From NCBI GenBank assembly GCA_000934665.2, contig KZ538119.1, positions 62,001 through 120,171 on the forward strand: a stretch of DNA of 58,171 bases, given 5' to 3'. Below are positions 1-27,584 of the stretch, piece after piece. The stretch comes from Catajapyx aquilonaris. Lineage: Eukaryota. The position numbers were made by a program, and so were the translations under genes. Under the pieces are notes generated by a model. It was not told where the DNA came from. It ran no database searches and saw nothing but the letters and a program-made list of their open reading frames with translations. The number at the start of each line of letters is the position of its first letter. Positions within the stretch are counted from its first letter, which is position 1.

Positions 1-3000
1 ACTCTAATACGCGGTAAGCAGATGCACATAAGCAACATCAACTACAATAACATGTCGTTTTGTAGAAAAAATTGGATAGGCGGTGATAAAAACACGGGCA
101 TGATGAGAGTCTCTACTTCCTTTACCAAACCTATGCTCCGACGTAATAATCTGAATGGAAAAAATTGCGCTTACATTGGCTTAATATTTTTATATCGATT
201 ACTGCTGGTATATGTCTACAGCCCTGTCTACAGCATGTTTTACTTATGTCGTGTTTAGTATTTGGAAGCTATCAGTGGTGGAGAGAGTAAGGAAGAGTAT
301 ATGGTGATAATTGCATTGTCACCAGATGCTACACTGCAACAGTAGTCACATTGATTTAAGAGAAGTGTGTTCGTGTACTTGGTCGGTCACTTTGTATTAT
401 TCTTATAGGGGAACTGCTATAGGAAATTATTAAGAAACTAGGATTTATTAATTTTTTGCTCCACAAAATCCGCATTACTTGCTGTGATAACGTACGCTTT
501 CACAGAGTGACACGGAAAAAAAAATCATGCGAATTATCGACTCCCTTACACCGGTCATGTATCGGTCAATACGACCTCCAGATTGACTCCGTGCCACCCT
601 ACCGCAGAGTAACACCTCATGCTGTTGTGGAGAATACCGTACGGTATACACCAACCGTTGCGTCGGTACATCGTGTCAGTGTCGTGAACAAGTGTTCGTT
701 GCAAGTTGCGTAGACTTATGCCATAATAATTCGTCAATATGTTAATAGGACTGCTTTGTGGACTTGTGGCGTGATCACCATGTTCTTTGTATCCTTTACA
801 GTAAATGACAATGAGATGTGACGTCATAAATTATTTCAGAAAATCCAGAGAAGAGTTACGCAACCTGCATTAGGTAGTAAGTGTCGCAATAATTACTGCC
901 GTGGGAAAAGTTACCGTCTAATGTTGCCCTTCACGTATTGCCCGTGCAAGTTTACTATACTATAACTCTTTTGCAAGTAAGCCTATACCTGCTGATTTGA
1001 TCTTTTAAATTGCAGATATTCAGGCGCACATGTGTAGATTCAAGGTTGGAGGAATTAGATCCCAAGAACGTAACATGATTCCGCGGTAACCAATTAAAGG
1101 TTTATAGGAGGAAATGAACTTGCCTAAGTCAAAGATATTACTACACCAATCAGCACGTGGTCTACGTGCAAGACTGTGCGTACGACGGGATAGAACAGTA
1201 TACTTATAGTTATACACGTTTGACAAACAAATAGGGTCAAAGTGATTTCAACAGTCATGTGTCAATAGATCTCTCTCGGGGTAGCTCTGTACCGCATTCT
1301 CACTAAAATAATGCGATGTCGACTATTCCATGCGGCCTTCGTCGCGATAAGTTGATAAGTACGGTATACAAATAACTATTGCTTTCACTAAATCACATAT
1401 AGGCTACTGGAACAGCTCACGAGTATCAGGAACAATCTAGTAATATTATAGTAGCCTACAGCCTGATGCGGATTGTAAATTTGATGGCCACAAAAGCTTG
1501 TGAAACGGGGTCATACAGTAGGCCTATACGCACTATTCGCTCTGATCCGGTAATCAGAGCAACTAAATATAGGGCTGTGATAATTACTTGAACTCATCCA
1601 GTACATAAGTTATGCAGTGAGGAGAGTTCTCGTGCCTATATTATCGAAATTCGTTGCAATATCTCATGCAAGCAGTGAAGTCATTAGGGTGGATCCGGGT
1701 GGATCCATCGAATCATGTGACTGAACATGCGTGGTAGATAGGAGAAGTTGGATAACTTCAATTTTTACCATAGGCTTCATTGGTAATACAAAAATCTGCA
1801 TAATGTAATAATGCCAAGGGGACGTGGCTATTAGCTTACAATGATCCAGGTGACGGGAATATCTCGAAGAGCTTTCCAACATAAATCAGATTTGTGTTGC
1901 ATAAGAAAATGACCAAACCGCCGCTTATTCCCGTAAAAGCGCCAAGGAATAATAATTGTTCTTTGGTTAAGGTGTGCAGTAAATGAAAGCCAGTGACAAC
2001 TTTCCTGCATAACATAGTAGTCCTATATGCAAAAACATAAAGCCGTGGCGACAGAACAATATGTTGCCGTGTTTGCGCAAATATAGTTGCATCATGCGTG
2101 TGAACATAATAAATTAATAGTTCCCATGCCGACGATTACGACCAGGGCATATTCAGTTCATCTCTTGTCACATCAGAGGTAGAGCTTAGTTCAAGTGTGT
2201 CCCACGCACCCGCTCTCCTTATAAAAATGTGTCTCTCCACATAGCATATTGGTAGAGATGATAATTACTCGACGTCCTTGAATCAAGCCAGTTGCCGATC
2301 AACCTTGCTTCCAAGCTAAGGTGCTATTAACACCTGTGCGTTTCTTCAAGGAATTATACTACTGGTGCCCTGCGCGTGAGTGAATTTGTGCAATTTTATT
2401 ACAACTTCGGATGTATATGTGAATAGTGGAACTTCACACTGCTCACCATCAAATTATTATTTACTCGAAGGAGGAATCCTACGGCAGTTACCTTTATTTG
2501 CTGTTTGCTGATTACATTTTTTAAACATATCGGATAATGAACAGACCTGAATGTAACCAAGTGGGTTTTTTGTTCCATATTTTCATTTTTCATTTATTTT
2601 TGGGGGTGTCGTTTTAAAAGGTATTCTTCGTTGGTTCAAAATAATGTCATCGTAACATATTTTTTTATATGTGCTGAAAACTTTCTATTTCAAAATCACA
2701 TGGATCATGGCACCTGTAAGCTATTGAAACTGGCAGAATGAGCATTGCAAGTTATTGCCATGACATAACTACTCAGAATTTATAAGAGGCATGTGACTTG
2801 TGACCTTTAGGGCTGTTTTTTTTTGTAGTATCCAGCGGCTCGATCATACAAGTACGTTGAGAGAGGCCTATGATGAAGGTCCCATCTCATGAGATGAGTG
2901 GACTGACCTTTCTTCTATCTATGTGACACGCGCTGCTCCGATTGTCAATCATAGCTATACAAGGACTGCACATTAGATAACGACTGTGCGTAAGCACAAT

Positions 3001-4161
3001 TCTCTCCACAGAACGAAGCTCGAGATGCTCGTTCTGTTTCCACTAAAATTGAATGTAGAGCGCACGTGGAAGCGGCTTATCTCATAATGTACCCATGCAT
3101 TTCCCCCCCTGTCCCCAATCCGCTGGTTTGAGTATATCTGTCGTGTTGGCTGACCAAGGGTGGGAAAAAGGAAGTCTGCTGGCTTTTTACAATGTGATAG
3201 GACATTTGAGTAGCGGGAGGTGGACAAACACGGAATATGAGCATGCTATTTCAGCACTCATGTGGTGCTCAACCTTGACCCTGGAGGTTGGATTCTCGTC
3301 TTTCAAGGAGAAAAGGTTAGGAAACCCTTCATTGGCACTCGCCATGGTAAATGCTTTCGATTTTCGATAAGGTCACTTTGATTGTGCTGAGGAGCAAGTG
3401 ACCCTTTTTTGCACCTCAGTAAACACTTGGCACAAACTGATCACACGACTAATCTGTTGACAATCGATTGAAAATATTTAGACACCATCAAGGCTACATG
3501 TCATAATCTGCGTCCCAGTAACTAGCTATAGAACCTCTAGGGACATAGATTATTAGTATTAATTTATAGGTGATATCATATGTGCAAAATCATTTACTGC
3601 CAGAGACCTTGAATATGTTGGGGATAATAATAGCGAACCTGTTCAAAATATCTTACTGACAAAAATAATTACTTGAACGAGGTTGGAAAACGTATGCTGC
3701 AATAATTAGCGGGCGTCACAACAAAAGTTATTTTTAAAGCTGAAAGAAGTGCATATTTAGGAAAAGTCTTATTTAAAGACATGTGTCCCAGAACTGCTTT
3801 GGAATGGCAAGTAGGCCTGCACATTAATTTTCAGTAACTTGTTGTAATGATAATGGTGACATCGGATCAGTTCAACTGAATATTGGGGGGAGTCGGCTTA
3901 ATCCTGCATTAATTCATTAATCCCAATTAGTTCCGAGATTCTCTGGCTCATATCACGTCGATATGATACCACGTAATTACGTACATAAATAGAATACCCC
4001 ACATATTGTTATCTCATGGATTATCCTGCGCGATTGTAGCCTACACTGCGATTGGCACGTCCATCAACTGAGACAGAGAAAAAGTGCATACGAGAATGGT
4101 GATGGTCTGTATTGTTATGTTGGATGAATGAATAAAGGAAATTAAAGAAAGGAGCCCATTC

Positions 4162-4233
<72 letters not shown>
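4162..4233. repeat. (AGT)24 microsatellite
   Basis: Perfect AGT trinucleotide run read directly. Confidence 0.97.
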
Positions 4234-4234
<1 letters not shown>

Positions 4235-6730
4235 ATTTAGGCCCATCTCTGAACGCATATTATGTCACCGTAACATAATTTTTTTGCTATTCTCCGTCAC
4301 TGGTTTAAAAAAATCCAAGGGCATCAGAGTTGAAGTTATCCGGCAGTGTTGCATCGGCTACAAGTACAGTACATAATATAGTCCACTAATCTTGTCATGC
4401 CAGTTACTGTGTATAGGTATGCCACACCTGTTTTATGCTATTCCCAAGTGACTGACTTTGGACTGTCATACAAATGAGTGGGTCTTATTTTCTTAACCTG
4501 ATCTAAACCGTATGCTTCTTGGAATTTTTTTATAGCTGGAAATAGGAATAGATCAATATATTAGAGTGTACACAGCAGTGTTTCAAGGATTGCTGCTTAA
4601 ATGATTGTGCCCTGCGATTACAATTTGTTCAAGGAATCGCCACGTTGGCGAATCCACTTTCAAAGGCTGAAGACCTTCAAACCACTGACTTACGGCCTCC
4701 GATTAGTAGGCCTATGTATATTTGCATAGGGCTTGTTTGCAATGTCTGAGCGAATCTCTGAAGAACCATTTTGTACGACGTGGTTCATTTGATTTTGTAG
4801 TTATTCAAATATATGCGACTGGAGCAGCTGGTGTGAGTAATGCTGGTAACAGATGAACGGGTGCGGAAAAGGCACGGGCTTCATTAATAGGCCTGTGTAT
4901 TGCTACATACATAGCACATGGAAGACTTTTTGTTCTGTCAGTCTGTATCATTGTAAGTGAGAAATATGGCACGAAAGAAGATCTTCTCAAACAAAAGCTG
5001 AATAATACATCCATCACGATAAGTAGTGCCTGCTGCACCTTTAAAAGAAGGGCAATAACTCATCTGCTTAACCAGTCTGCTACTTTATATTTACTACGTG
5101 GAACACCTCACCCTCTTAAGAAATGGGAGGTGTGTTTAGCCTAGGACAAACAAGATTCCACACCTGTAAGATGGGGCCATGGCCGTGTTCTACTCTATCT
5201 CTCAGTCTTCTATCATCCTGCCCCACATGTTGACTAATGCCTAGACACAGTAATTTACGATATTCATTATTATACTACGACTTGTACCACATCGGTTGAT
5301 CTATCATTTAGTGTCGGAATGAGTGCTGACAATAGAAATTCTGCGTGAGAATCTGCAACGATTATTATGAAAGACTGATGATGTCTTTAAGTACATGAAT
5401 ATTAGTCTACTGAGCGTATTTCCTAACGCTGCGTAACTGAGCTGCTGAGGGAAAAAGTTGCATCAGCTCTCAGGAACTTGTTGTTTAATGGCACCCCGGA
5501 GGTTCAGTGTGTGAACCACGTGTGAACCTTGCTTGCCTGTTTTCAAGGCGATCCTTTCGAACTACTACCACTCTGTATTGTACGGTACCGCTTATGATTT
5601 ACTTTGATTTTCTTGCATATTTGATGTCACGTAATCTCATCACCATCATCATCGAGCTGCGTATAAATGGGTTCTGGTAGATTTTCCCACTGCGACCTGG
5701 TCAAAGGTTTTTGCGGTTGGTGCACACACACGTCAGACGTGGCACTCACACAAACCAGTTCCATGCTCTGAAGGTTGGAGTGAAAAACATGACTATAGCC
5801 TACAGCCCTAGTAGGCCTAATGCTCACTGATGGTAAGCCTACAAAATGTAGGCCAAGCCACCTGATACCACACGTGAGGTAAATTGAGGAGAATTCAGTT
5901 TTGAACGCGACCAGGACACTATAGCATGATTTATAGCCTGCATATGTATAGCCTATATTTAGTGAAATTGGAGCTGCTATAAATTACATGCGGGTCTTAC
6001 CCTCGCCGTGAATAATGCACGCAGTCGCATTGCATTGACAAAATCTCAATTCCAACTTATCTCCCTCGAGTACCGTATATCGTAAGCGACCACAACTTTC
6101 CCGCCCGAACCCTTCGGCTCTAGACGTGTATACTCCCACCAATCATAATTACGATCCGACAGTGGGTAATCTTCTGATTATTCAAACAGAGATGGAGAGT
6201 ACGATCTGTAATTTGCCAGATAAACAGCTTGTTTGAAGCCTGTAATGATCTTGACATTGGTGAACTGGCAGGAAACCTGTTTATAGTCTATAGAAGACTA
6301 GCAGGCAGATATATGTTGATGAGTTGAATCCGCTTCTGTATGATTAAAATATGGTCTGACGTGAAAACATACGTGAACAGAGAGAGTGTGTATAGGCTTT
6401 TCCAGATCTGTAGAGTGCAATGGCCCCTCCCTCCCACGGGTGCTACTTTGCCCTCCTCTCTCCCTCATTCCTGCTCCACCACTACCACCACCACCCAGCA
6501 GCCAGTCACCTTCTGTCCCCAATGCTCTTTCATTGCCTATAAACCCCTGAGCATTTCGTGTTCGTCTACTGATAGACACACGATCACTTTTGGAACTTTG
6601 CAGGCTCGGAGTCAGGTGACCGGATCTCGGCAACCGGAACTTGGGGTTCCCTGCCCCCGACTCGTCACTTCTTTACTCCAGTACCTACATATAACCACTC
6701 ACATCACTACCAGCAGATCACTGGAGAAAG

Positions 6731-9700
6731 ATGGCCGAATTCTCCAGCTTCTTTCAGAGGCACCGAGGTGTGTTTGTGCTTCTGGGAGGATTTTTCGTGC
6801 ATCTTACCCTGGGTACACTCTACACATTTGGTGAGTTGGCGTGCTGTTTTTTTTTATGGCGGTGTTTATTACTGGTGTTGGACGTTGCCTAATCTCCGAC
6901 TAGCTGCTCAAACGGGAATGGTTCGCCTAACCGATTTGGAATTTGTCCATAAGCGGTCACTATGTCTCAGACATATTTGATGGATGTAAAAATGGTACCT
7001 ATAAACATCTTGTCCATTATTATCAGGAAGTAATCAAAATAAAAAGCAAATATGCCTAGTCGAACCATTACGAAAATAGAAAAAAAAAATCAAAAGGTTC
7101 CTTGACAGTGATTAACATGGTTTAGGGCACTGATCTGGACATCAAAGTTTGCTTACCCATGAGATAACTTGTTTACTTCTAATATTTGAGACACGTTTAT
7201 ATGTTAGTTACCGAGTCAGTAACCTCCGATATCCAGACTGGGGCCCTTGAAATTTCTCGAAAGTTGCAGTTTGAAGATTGTGATTGTTGCTTGCAGGTAA
7301 CATGACCTCGTACCTGACCTCGTATATCCGCAAGCGAGTGGACGGTGTGACAAGTTACGAGGACACGGTCTGGCTGACCGCGGCACTGGCCGTATGCCTC
7401 GGACTCTTCATGTACTGGGGCGGTGTCTTGGAGAGGAAGGTCGGGGTCAGAAGATGCTGCATGATAGGATGCTCCATCGAGAGGTAGGTAGGTAGGTGTG
7501 ATATTCGGCATACCAGGACTCGGGGAGGTCACACATAACGCCTACTTCTCTACGTCCTTCCTTCCATCGACTTTCGAAAACACCTGTCTTTCCAGCATAA
7601 TTGCCGCTGTTCCTTCATTGCTATGTACTTCTAACTATTCGAATTCACGCGCCAGTTGTCGCCCCGGTAAAATAGATGGCGGCACGTACCGGTTCTTTGC
7701 CTGTCTTGCGGGTTGTATGCACTTCAGGCACTGTCACTAATGCTGTACTCTACTGTCTCTACAAGGCCGGAAAACTGAAGCTAAAAGCTACCACGAGCAG
7801 TAATAAATTGTAAGGCCAGTAAGGTCCGGTTTCACCGAGCTTGGTATATGATAAAACCAGGTTTCTTTAGGAAAATCCATACAAATAGATAGGGATTTTG
7901 AGAAAGAACCCTGGTTTTATCATATACTGAGCTCGGTGAAACCGGCCCTAAGTCATGACGGCATAATCAGCAAAAAGTAGCATTACAAATCATGACTTAC
8001 GTCAGTTTGCAGACCAGTCCTTCCACTTCTAATATGGGGTCAAAAATGGTTCAATACATTTTTACAAATGATGTTTATAACAAACTATTGAACTGAACTA
8101 GTAGACTGCTGATTGAATATCGCAGACCATTAATATTTGGACTGAACTGCAATTAATGCATATTGTGTATGTGTGCAATGACTGGAACAGTCTTTCTCCA
8201 AATTCCTCTCTCTGTAACCTTTATTCCTACCTAATGTGTATGAATATGGGAATTCTTAAAACAGTCAACTGCTCAGGCCTGCAGTTGGCCGCGTGACCTC
8301 TTCTTCCCTTCTCCTGCATCCATCAGCTTGGGAGTGATGTCCACCTATTTTGTGATCAACACACACTTCATTGCACCCATTCTCACCTTTGGCATCATAG
8401 CTGGCATCGGGGTCAGTCTTGCCTACATCGCACCACTCGACATGGCCCACAAGGTTAGTCACTTGTAAGCATTTAAGTAGCATTTACAGAAGTGGAGGAT
8501 TATGATTTTTTTGCTATGTTGTGCAAAATAATAATTTCACATATTTTTTCATTGCATGGCATTATTCAAAAATATGTCACCGATATACGTAGACCTGAAT
8601 TTCTTAACCGAGTTGAGGGAACACTGCATTTTATATTTCAACTTGTGTGAATGCTGCTGATCTAAACACAGTTGCACACTGTACAGTTAATTAATATGAT
8701 TTCTCCCTTACGCAGTGGTATCCACAAAAAAAGGGCCTCGTGAGTGGGGTCATTGTTGGTGGATTTGGAATGGGCGCTTTCATATTTAACCAGGTACAAA
8801 CCATGTACATGAATCCAGAGAATCTCAAGGTGGATCCAGATGGGTAAGTTACTGCTTTATTTATAAGCTATTATATATTTTAAGTCAATTACCATCTGTG
8901 CAGTGTTATGATGAGAACTATCTCGAATGAAGCAATACTCATGGGGGGTTAGAGAAAAATCATATTTGACTATTCTCTCCTAACCAAATCAAGTCCTAAT
9001 ATCTGGCCTTGTGTTACTGAATATACCTTGAAGGACATCATCCAGGGACATTTTGAAAGAATTCTGAAATCAGTTTAGTCTCACCATGAGATAAAAGGGA
9101 TCAAAGATCGCTAGTCACACTTTTTTGACATTCCCTCATTTCTATCTCCAAGCCTGATTTAGAGAGCAAACTTTCTGACTGATGTAATTATTGCATCCTT
9201 TAAGCATAACTACTGTTTTATTATTACAAAATGTGAATTTTTACCGTTTTTAATTACAACTAATGTCAATTTTTTAAAAATTATGAATTCCTCTCATTGC
9301 ATCCTTTCATTATTTTGATACACACGAAGTGATGTGTTCCTGTAAACACTTTCACAGTTAATAAATGGAATGAGTGATACCAGTACAGTAGAACTGAATG
9401 TTGGTTAAATTTTCGTCACATTTTGTTTCAAAAAATATAATATCTGACGTAGGAATCACTTAGCAGGGGAATTTATTGACGTAAATTCTTATTAGTCAAG
9501 CCACGTTGTTTAAAACTTGGGCTGTTTTGATATGAAATGACCTTTGTGCGCGCCCTTATGTACTATATTATATTTATTTGGTACACCATACAAAAAAGTT
9601 GTAGGTACGCTTTTGTATGATCATCACAGATGAAATAACTCTCAATGTGAATCAACATGCCTTTTCAGTTATTTCTCAGATGACCGAGTGTTGGATCGAG

Positions 9701-12414
9701 TTCCATCTGTCTTTCTGGTGCTTGGTGGAATCTACATCTGCCTCCAGATACTTGGCATCATACTTATGGCTGAACCTCCAGCTCAGGTATAAATGCACGC
9801 TACAGTTATGTCAGCTATCACCTCCTGTGCTGCCACTATCACAGGGTCAAATGTCAGGAAAACAAATGGAATGGTATGACTGAGACAAACAGCCACAAAA
9901 AAGCAGTGGTCTTACCCACTTATCAGACAATTTCTCAAGCCAACATGTGACTTCACTACTCCTTCTATCACTGCATTGCCTGCACATTCTAAGCTATCTA
10001 GACTTTCTAGAGCATTCAAGAGCAATGCATGTTGTGCACCCCAATGATGATATACATACAGTATAATATCCAACTGCATGTATCAGATTAATAACAGAAA
10101 TAAAAAGCTTTGCAAACATACTCTAATTTCTCTACTAATTTCCAGAATAAAATCTGGACATTGGCATGCTTCACTATTGCAGAAATTACAGAGAGAGTAG
10201 TTCACGTTATACTGTACTAAAACATAAATATGATAAAATTAATTATGAATAATAGCCACTAAATGTTTTCCAATTATCTTATGGAGTACCCTATAGAAAA
10301 AGCTAATAATTTCCATCAATTTCTGGGATCGAGATAGAAGATTTTTAGATTAGGATGTTTTTTTTTTCTTCTTCTTCAAAATTAATGATCAGCAACAGAC
10401 AACAACACTGCTCCACAGCTGTTGCATTCTGTAACTTGTGGGTGGTATGTACAGTACACCTTCAGGAAGGTACCACGGCATAGTGCCATTTTCACCACAA
10501 TTTCAGTCCCATCCTTATGGATCTAGCTTATAACTGGGTTTCTCTCAAGGTTCTCCTTGTTTACTACCATAACAGAAATCTATGGATAATGGTGTGATGC
10601 ATAGTTGTAATGAAAATAAACAATACTTATCATCATGAGGAAGTAATGTCGAAGGCTTCAAGGACCACAAACCTGAAGGACTAATGAGAATAAGGCTTGA
10701 GGATAACTAACTGGTATATTAAAAGTAAAATAATATTTTAACCATGACACATTTTCTAAATCTTGGTCCAGAAAAGAAGTTGGCTGCTCATACAAATTCC
10801 AACTTTTCGAGGTTTCATATGCTCTACCTGACTTAACAAAATCATCCCTTATTTTAGGAGGTTAGCCCACAGCAAGTGCCTCTGAAGTCCAACCCAGAAG
10901 GAAAGGAACCAGAAGATGGTGCTGTGGTTGAAAATGGCATGACCCATCAAGAACCACACGAGAAGGAGGAAACAGTAGTGAATTACGCACCGCAGGACCA
11001 CGGACAAGATGCATCTGGCTGCAAAAGCCTTAGTCCCCGCAACTTACTCCGAGACAAGCGGTTCTACATACTGTGGGGAACTGCCTATCTAATAACTGGA
11101 ATTGTCTTCTACATCAGCAGCATATGGAAGGCCTTTGGACAGTCATTTGTTGGGAGTGACCATTTTCTGGTAGCAGTTGGTGCCACAGCTGCTGTCTTTA
11201 ATGCATCAGGTCGCATTGTGTGGGGCCATCTGTTGGATGTTAGCAGTTACAGGGGTGCCTTTGCTTTGGTCACTGGGACACTGACACTTGAATTTGTGAC
11301 CCTTGACTTCACTAGGCATATGGGACAGTGGGCATTTGGACTTTGGATCTTGGCAATTTTCTCTAGCTTTTCTGGACTATTCTCAATAATACCATCAGTG
11401 GTAACCCACACATTTGGACCAACATTTGCTGGAGCCAACATTGGACTTGTGAACACTTCACATGTAAGTTTTCACTTGCAACGTAATGACCTTATTTCCC
11501 AGAACATTTCATCATTTTGTGACTGTTTTCATCTCCTGTGAGTTATGTCACATCCACCATCTTATGCCACAGCTGCAGCCAATTTACCAAAAATAATAAT
11601 CACATAGGACAAAAGCAACTCTTTACGATCAGTTGTATCAACACAAATTAAGATAACAAGCTGAAATTCTTGTACAATGATTGCACACAATCAGGAATAG
11701 TCTCGTAATAATTACGAGACTATTCCTGATTGTGTGCAATAATGGTGCAATTGTAATGTAGCATTTATTAATTTAAGAAGCATTATTGTTCCACCTAGTG
11801 AATTTGTTGTAATTAAGTTTTTAAATGTATTAGCATATTGTACATTCACCTACTAAATTTATTATATTATATTTGCAAATGTTTCACAGCCACACCACAA
11901 ATTTATCTGATTGTCTGATTGACTTTCAGGCCCTGAGCGGAATCACAGCAGCAATCCTAAGCAAGTATGTCACACCCATTGTAGGCATGATGGGAATGTT
12001 CCTGATTATGGCTGGATTTGCTGGAGCAGGTAAGAAAGGCACTCAATTAACCATTATATCTCATGCCCGATTGCACCAATGAAATTACCGATCCGATTGC
12101 TCCTAATAGATCATTAGCAGACGTTAAAAGGGCTCCTAACGATCTATTAGGAGCTATCGGATCGGTAATTTCGGTTGGTGAATCGGGCATCAGCAGTGTA
12201 GGAAATGGTTTGAAAGCAGTGCTATTAGAAACAACCACTCTACAATGATGCTAAGTTTGTGCTACATTATGGTAATCAAGCCTTTTCTTTTACAGCATTT
12301 GTGCTTACACTACTCTTCCCAGGACCAATGATCTTCCCATGCTCCAAATACTGCAAGTGCTGCAGGCGGACAAAGAGCCAACCTGAGACACCAGTTGAAT
12401 ATGGTTCTGCGTAA
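6731..12414 (+). CDS. MFS transporter, oxalate:formate antiporter (OFA)-like, 8 coding exons, ~494 aa
   Basis: Exons 6731-6830, 7297-7483, 8327-8453, 8716-8843, 9669-9786, 10858-11463, 11930-12029, 12296-12414. All introns are GT-AG and phases are consistent (1485 nt, ATG to TAA). Motifs: LGTLYTFGN, GGVLERKVG, WYPQKKGLVSGVIVGGFGMG, FNASGRIVWGHLLD, FGPTFAGANIG, plus many hydrophobic helices. Substrate not determinable. Confidence 0.88.
7823..7948. mobile_element. PIF/Harbinger-type (Tourist-like) MITE, 126 bp hairpin
   Basis: ~45 bp imperfect TIRs GG(T/G)CCGGTTTCACCGAGCT..., flanked by TAA at 7820-7822 and 7949-7951. Confidence 0.8.
11680..11740. repeat. Perfect palindrome, 30 bp arms, 1 nt spacer
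   Basis: ATTGCACACAATCAGGAATAGTCTCGTAAT-A-ATTACGAGACTATTCCTGATTGTGTGCAAT in MFS intron 6. Confidence 0.95.
12064..12189. mobile_element. Harbinger-like MITE, 126 bp hairpin
   Basis: ~50 bp inverted arms starting TGCCCGATT(G)CACCAA, with 3 bp duplication TCA at 12061-12063 and 12190-12192. Confidence 0.75.
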
Positions 12415-14179
12415 AAAAAAAAAGAGAGAGAAAAAGAGCTGTGTTGCATATCCTCCCATTCCATTCCTGCATTTCGACTCATAGATTAATTTCCCCCCCN
12501 CCCCCCCCCCCCCCAAGACATACATATTTCTCTCTGAAGCGAACACAAGCCTGGGAACCAAGGTCACTTTGTTTGACTATGACAAGATCTGTAAGGAAAT
12601 TGCTTGCCACGACTGTACAGAATGTATCTATACTTTCATTGTGTTAGTAGCATCCATATGAATTTGAAGGTATATGTATCTAAGTCACATAAACAGGATG
12701 ACTCAAAACATCCATTAAAGTGCAGACAAATTGATGTTGATCAAGAAAATGTGTGCCATCATACACAAAAAGATGAAGACAATTTGTCATGTGTTGGTCC
12801 AATGAGTTCACTAGCAAACTATTGACATGTGCACTATATCCCTGTTGTACAGTGGAGGACAGTGGAGAATATTATTGGGTTAGATTCCAGCAAAACAGGG
12901 ACATTGAATGAAATGCTGTGAAATGAGGACTACAACAATGCACCCCGCTTAGACTCGAAATTGTTGCAGCAAAGTGTAAATGTTTCGAATATTTGTTATG
13001 TTCAAATTATTTACCACATTTTTCACCGTTAAAGGTAATTGAAGAGATGAATTCCAAAGTCCCCTAAGTCCATTTTTGTTATTTTGAGAAACTTGAGTTA
13101 ACGATCTTTTCAAAATTATTTTGAAAATATCGTTAATGTGAAACTTCATAACATGGGACCTCCCTGTACATCAAGATTATGACATCTGATATAGTGCATT
13201 CTAATTGGCTCAGACACCACTGGTTTTAGTCAGCTTATTGGAAGTGCTCATGATAGATCGTCTTCATCCATTTGACTGCAATAATACATGGAGTGCAACA
13301 GAACTGAACTTATTTTGTGTCATGGGAAATTTTATGGCCAATCACTCCTTTGGCCTAACCTTCAAAGCTTGACACCGAACCATACATATTACAGCACTGG
13401 AATACCCATTAAATAGGATTTCCCAAGTGTCCGTACCATTTCCACACCGATAGTAGCCTACATAATTCTCATTTGTACACTTCAAGATGACAGGACAAAA
13501 TGGGAAATGAGAATCTGTATTTTACAAATAGATGTACTGTTTTTTTGTTACCCATGACATATTGATCCACACTGACTCGCAGTTGATTGGATTTGTCTGT
13601 ACTTTCTCTCTTTGAATATTCTGATTCATCCATGCAAGCCACCTCACTTATGTGGACAATACCAAGCAAATGCCTTCACTGCTCCTGACTTGCAGCATGG
13701 GCACAGTATAATTTCATGGAATGTCTAGTTATGAACTTTATGGTTGAGCCTGGCTGTTGTTACTGGTGACAAACTTAATGAAGCACATACTATTTTACTT
13801 ACCACCAAATTGTACAGTACTTAGCATTTTGGAAAAAAACAAGCTCTTTCCAGTTGCTCGGAAAATATTTTTAAATAAAAAAAAATCACTGCATTGGGTC
13901 TACTCCGAGTGTTCTCCAGTGGTATGGAATTTATTTTTTTAAACATACTGCTAAATAGGAGCAGATACAATGTTGTCAAGACCAAAATAAAATGTCACTT
14001 CAATTCACAAGCGGTCATTATTTTGGTGAGGAAGAGAGAGGCTCAGAAAGGGTGTATCTTTGGCGCAATGATTGACTACAACAAGCTCAGCCTTCTTGCT
14101 ACACATTAAGACAAATTCTATTAACGTAAGAAAAGGGGGAGCAGCGAACACTGACTTTTGACTGGCATGGCAGTAGGTT

Positions 14180-27584
<13,405 letters not shown>

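Noticed and set aside
22..6633. Short ORFs in the first 6.6 kb
   Set aside because: No recognisable motifs or consistent exon chain; treated as intergenic or old repeat debris.
6340..6834. 164 aa ORF overlapping MFS exon 1
   Set aside because: Different frame from the MFS start at 6731; low-complexity promoter/UTR translation.
8908..9020. Possible C/D snoRNA (ATGATGA...CTGA) in MFS intron 4
   Set aside because: No terminal stem and no recognisable rRNA guide.
12949..13149. ORF with LWNS, faintly like a LINE C-terminus
   Set aside because: Too short and degenerate to support a call.
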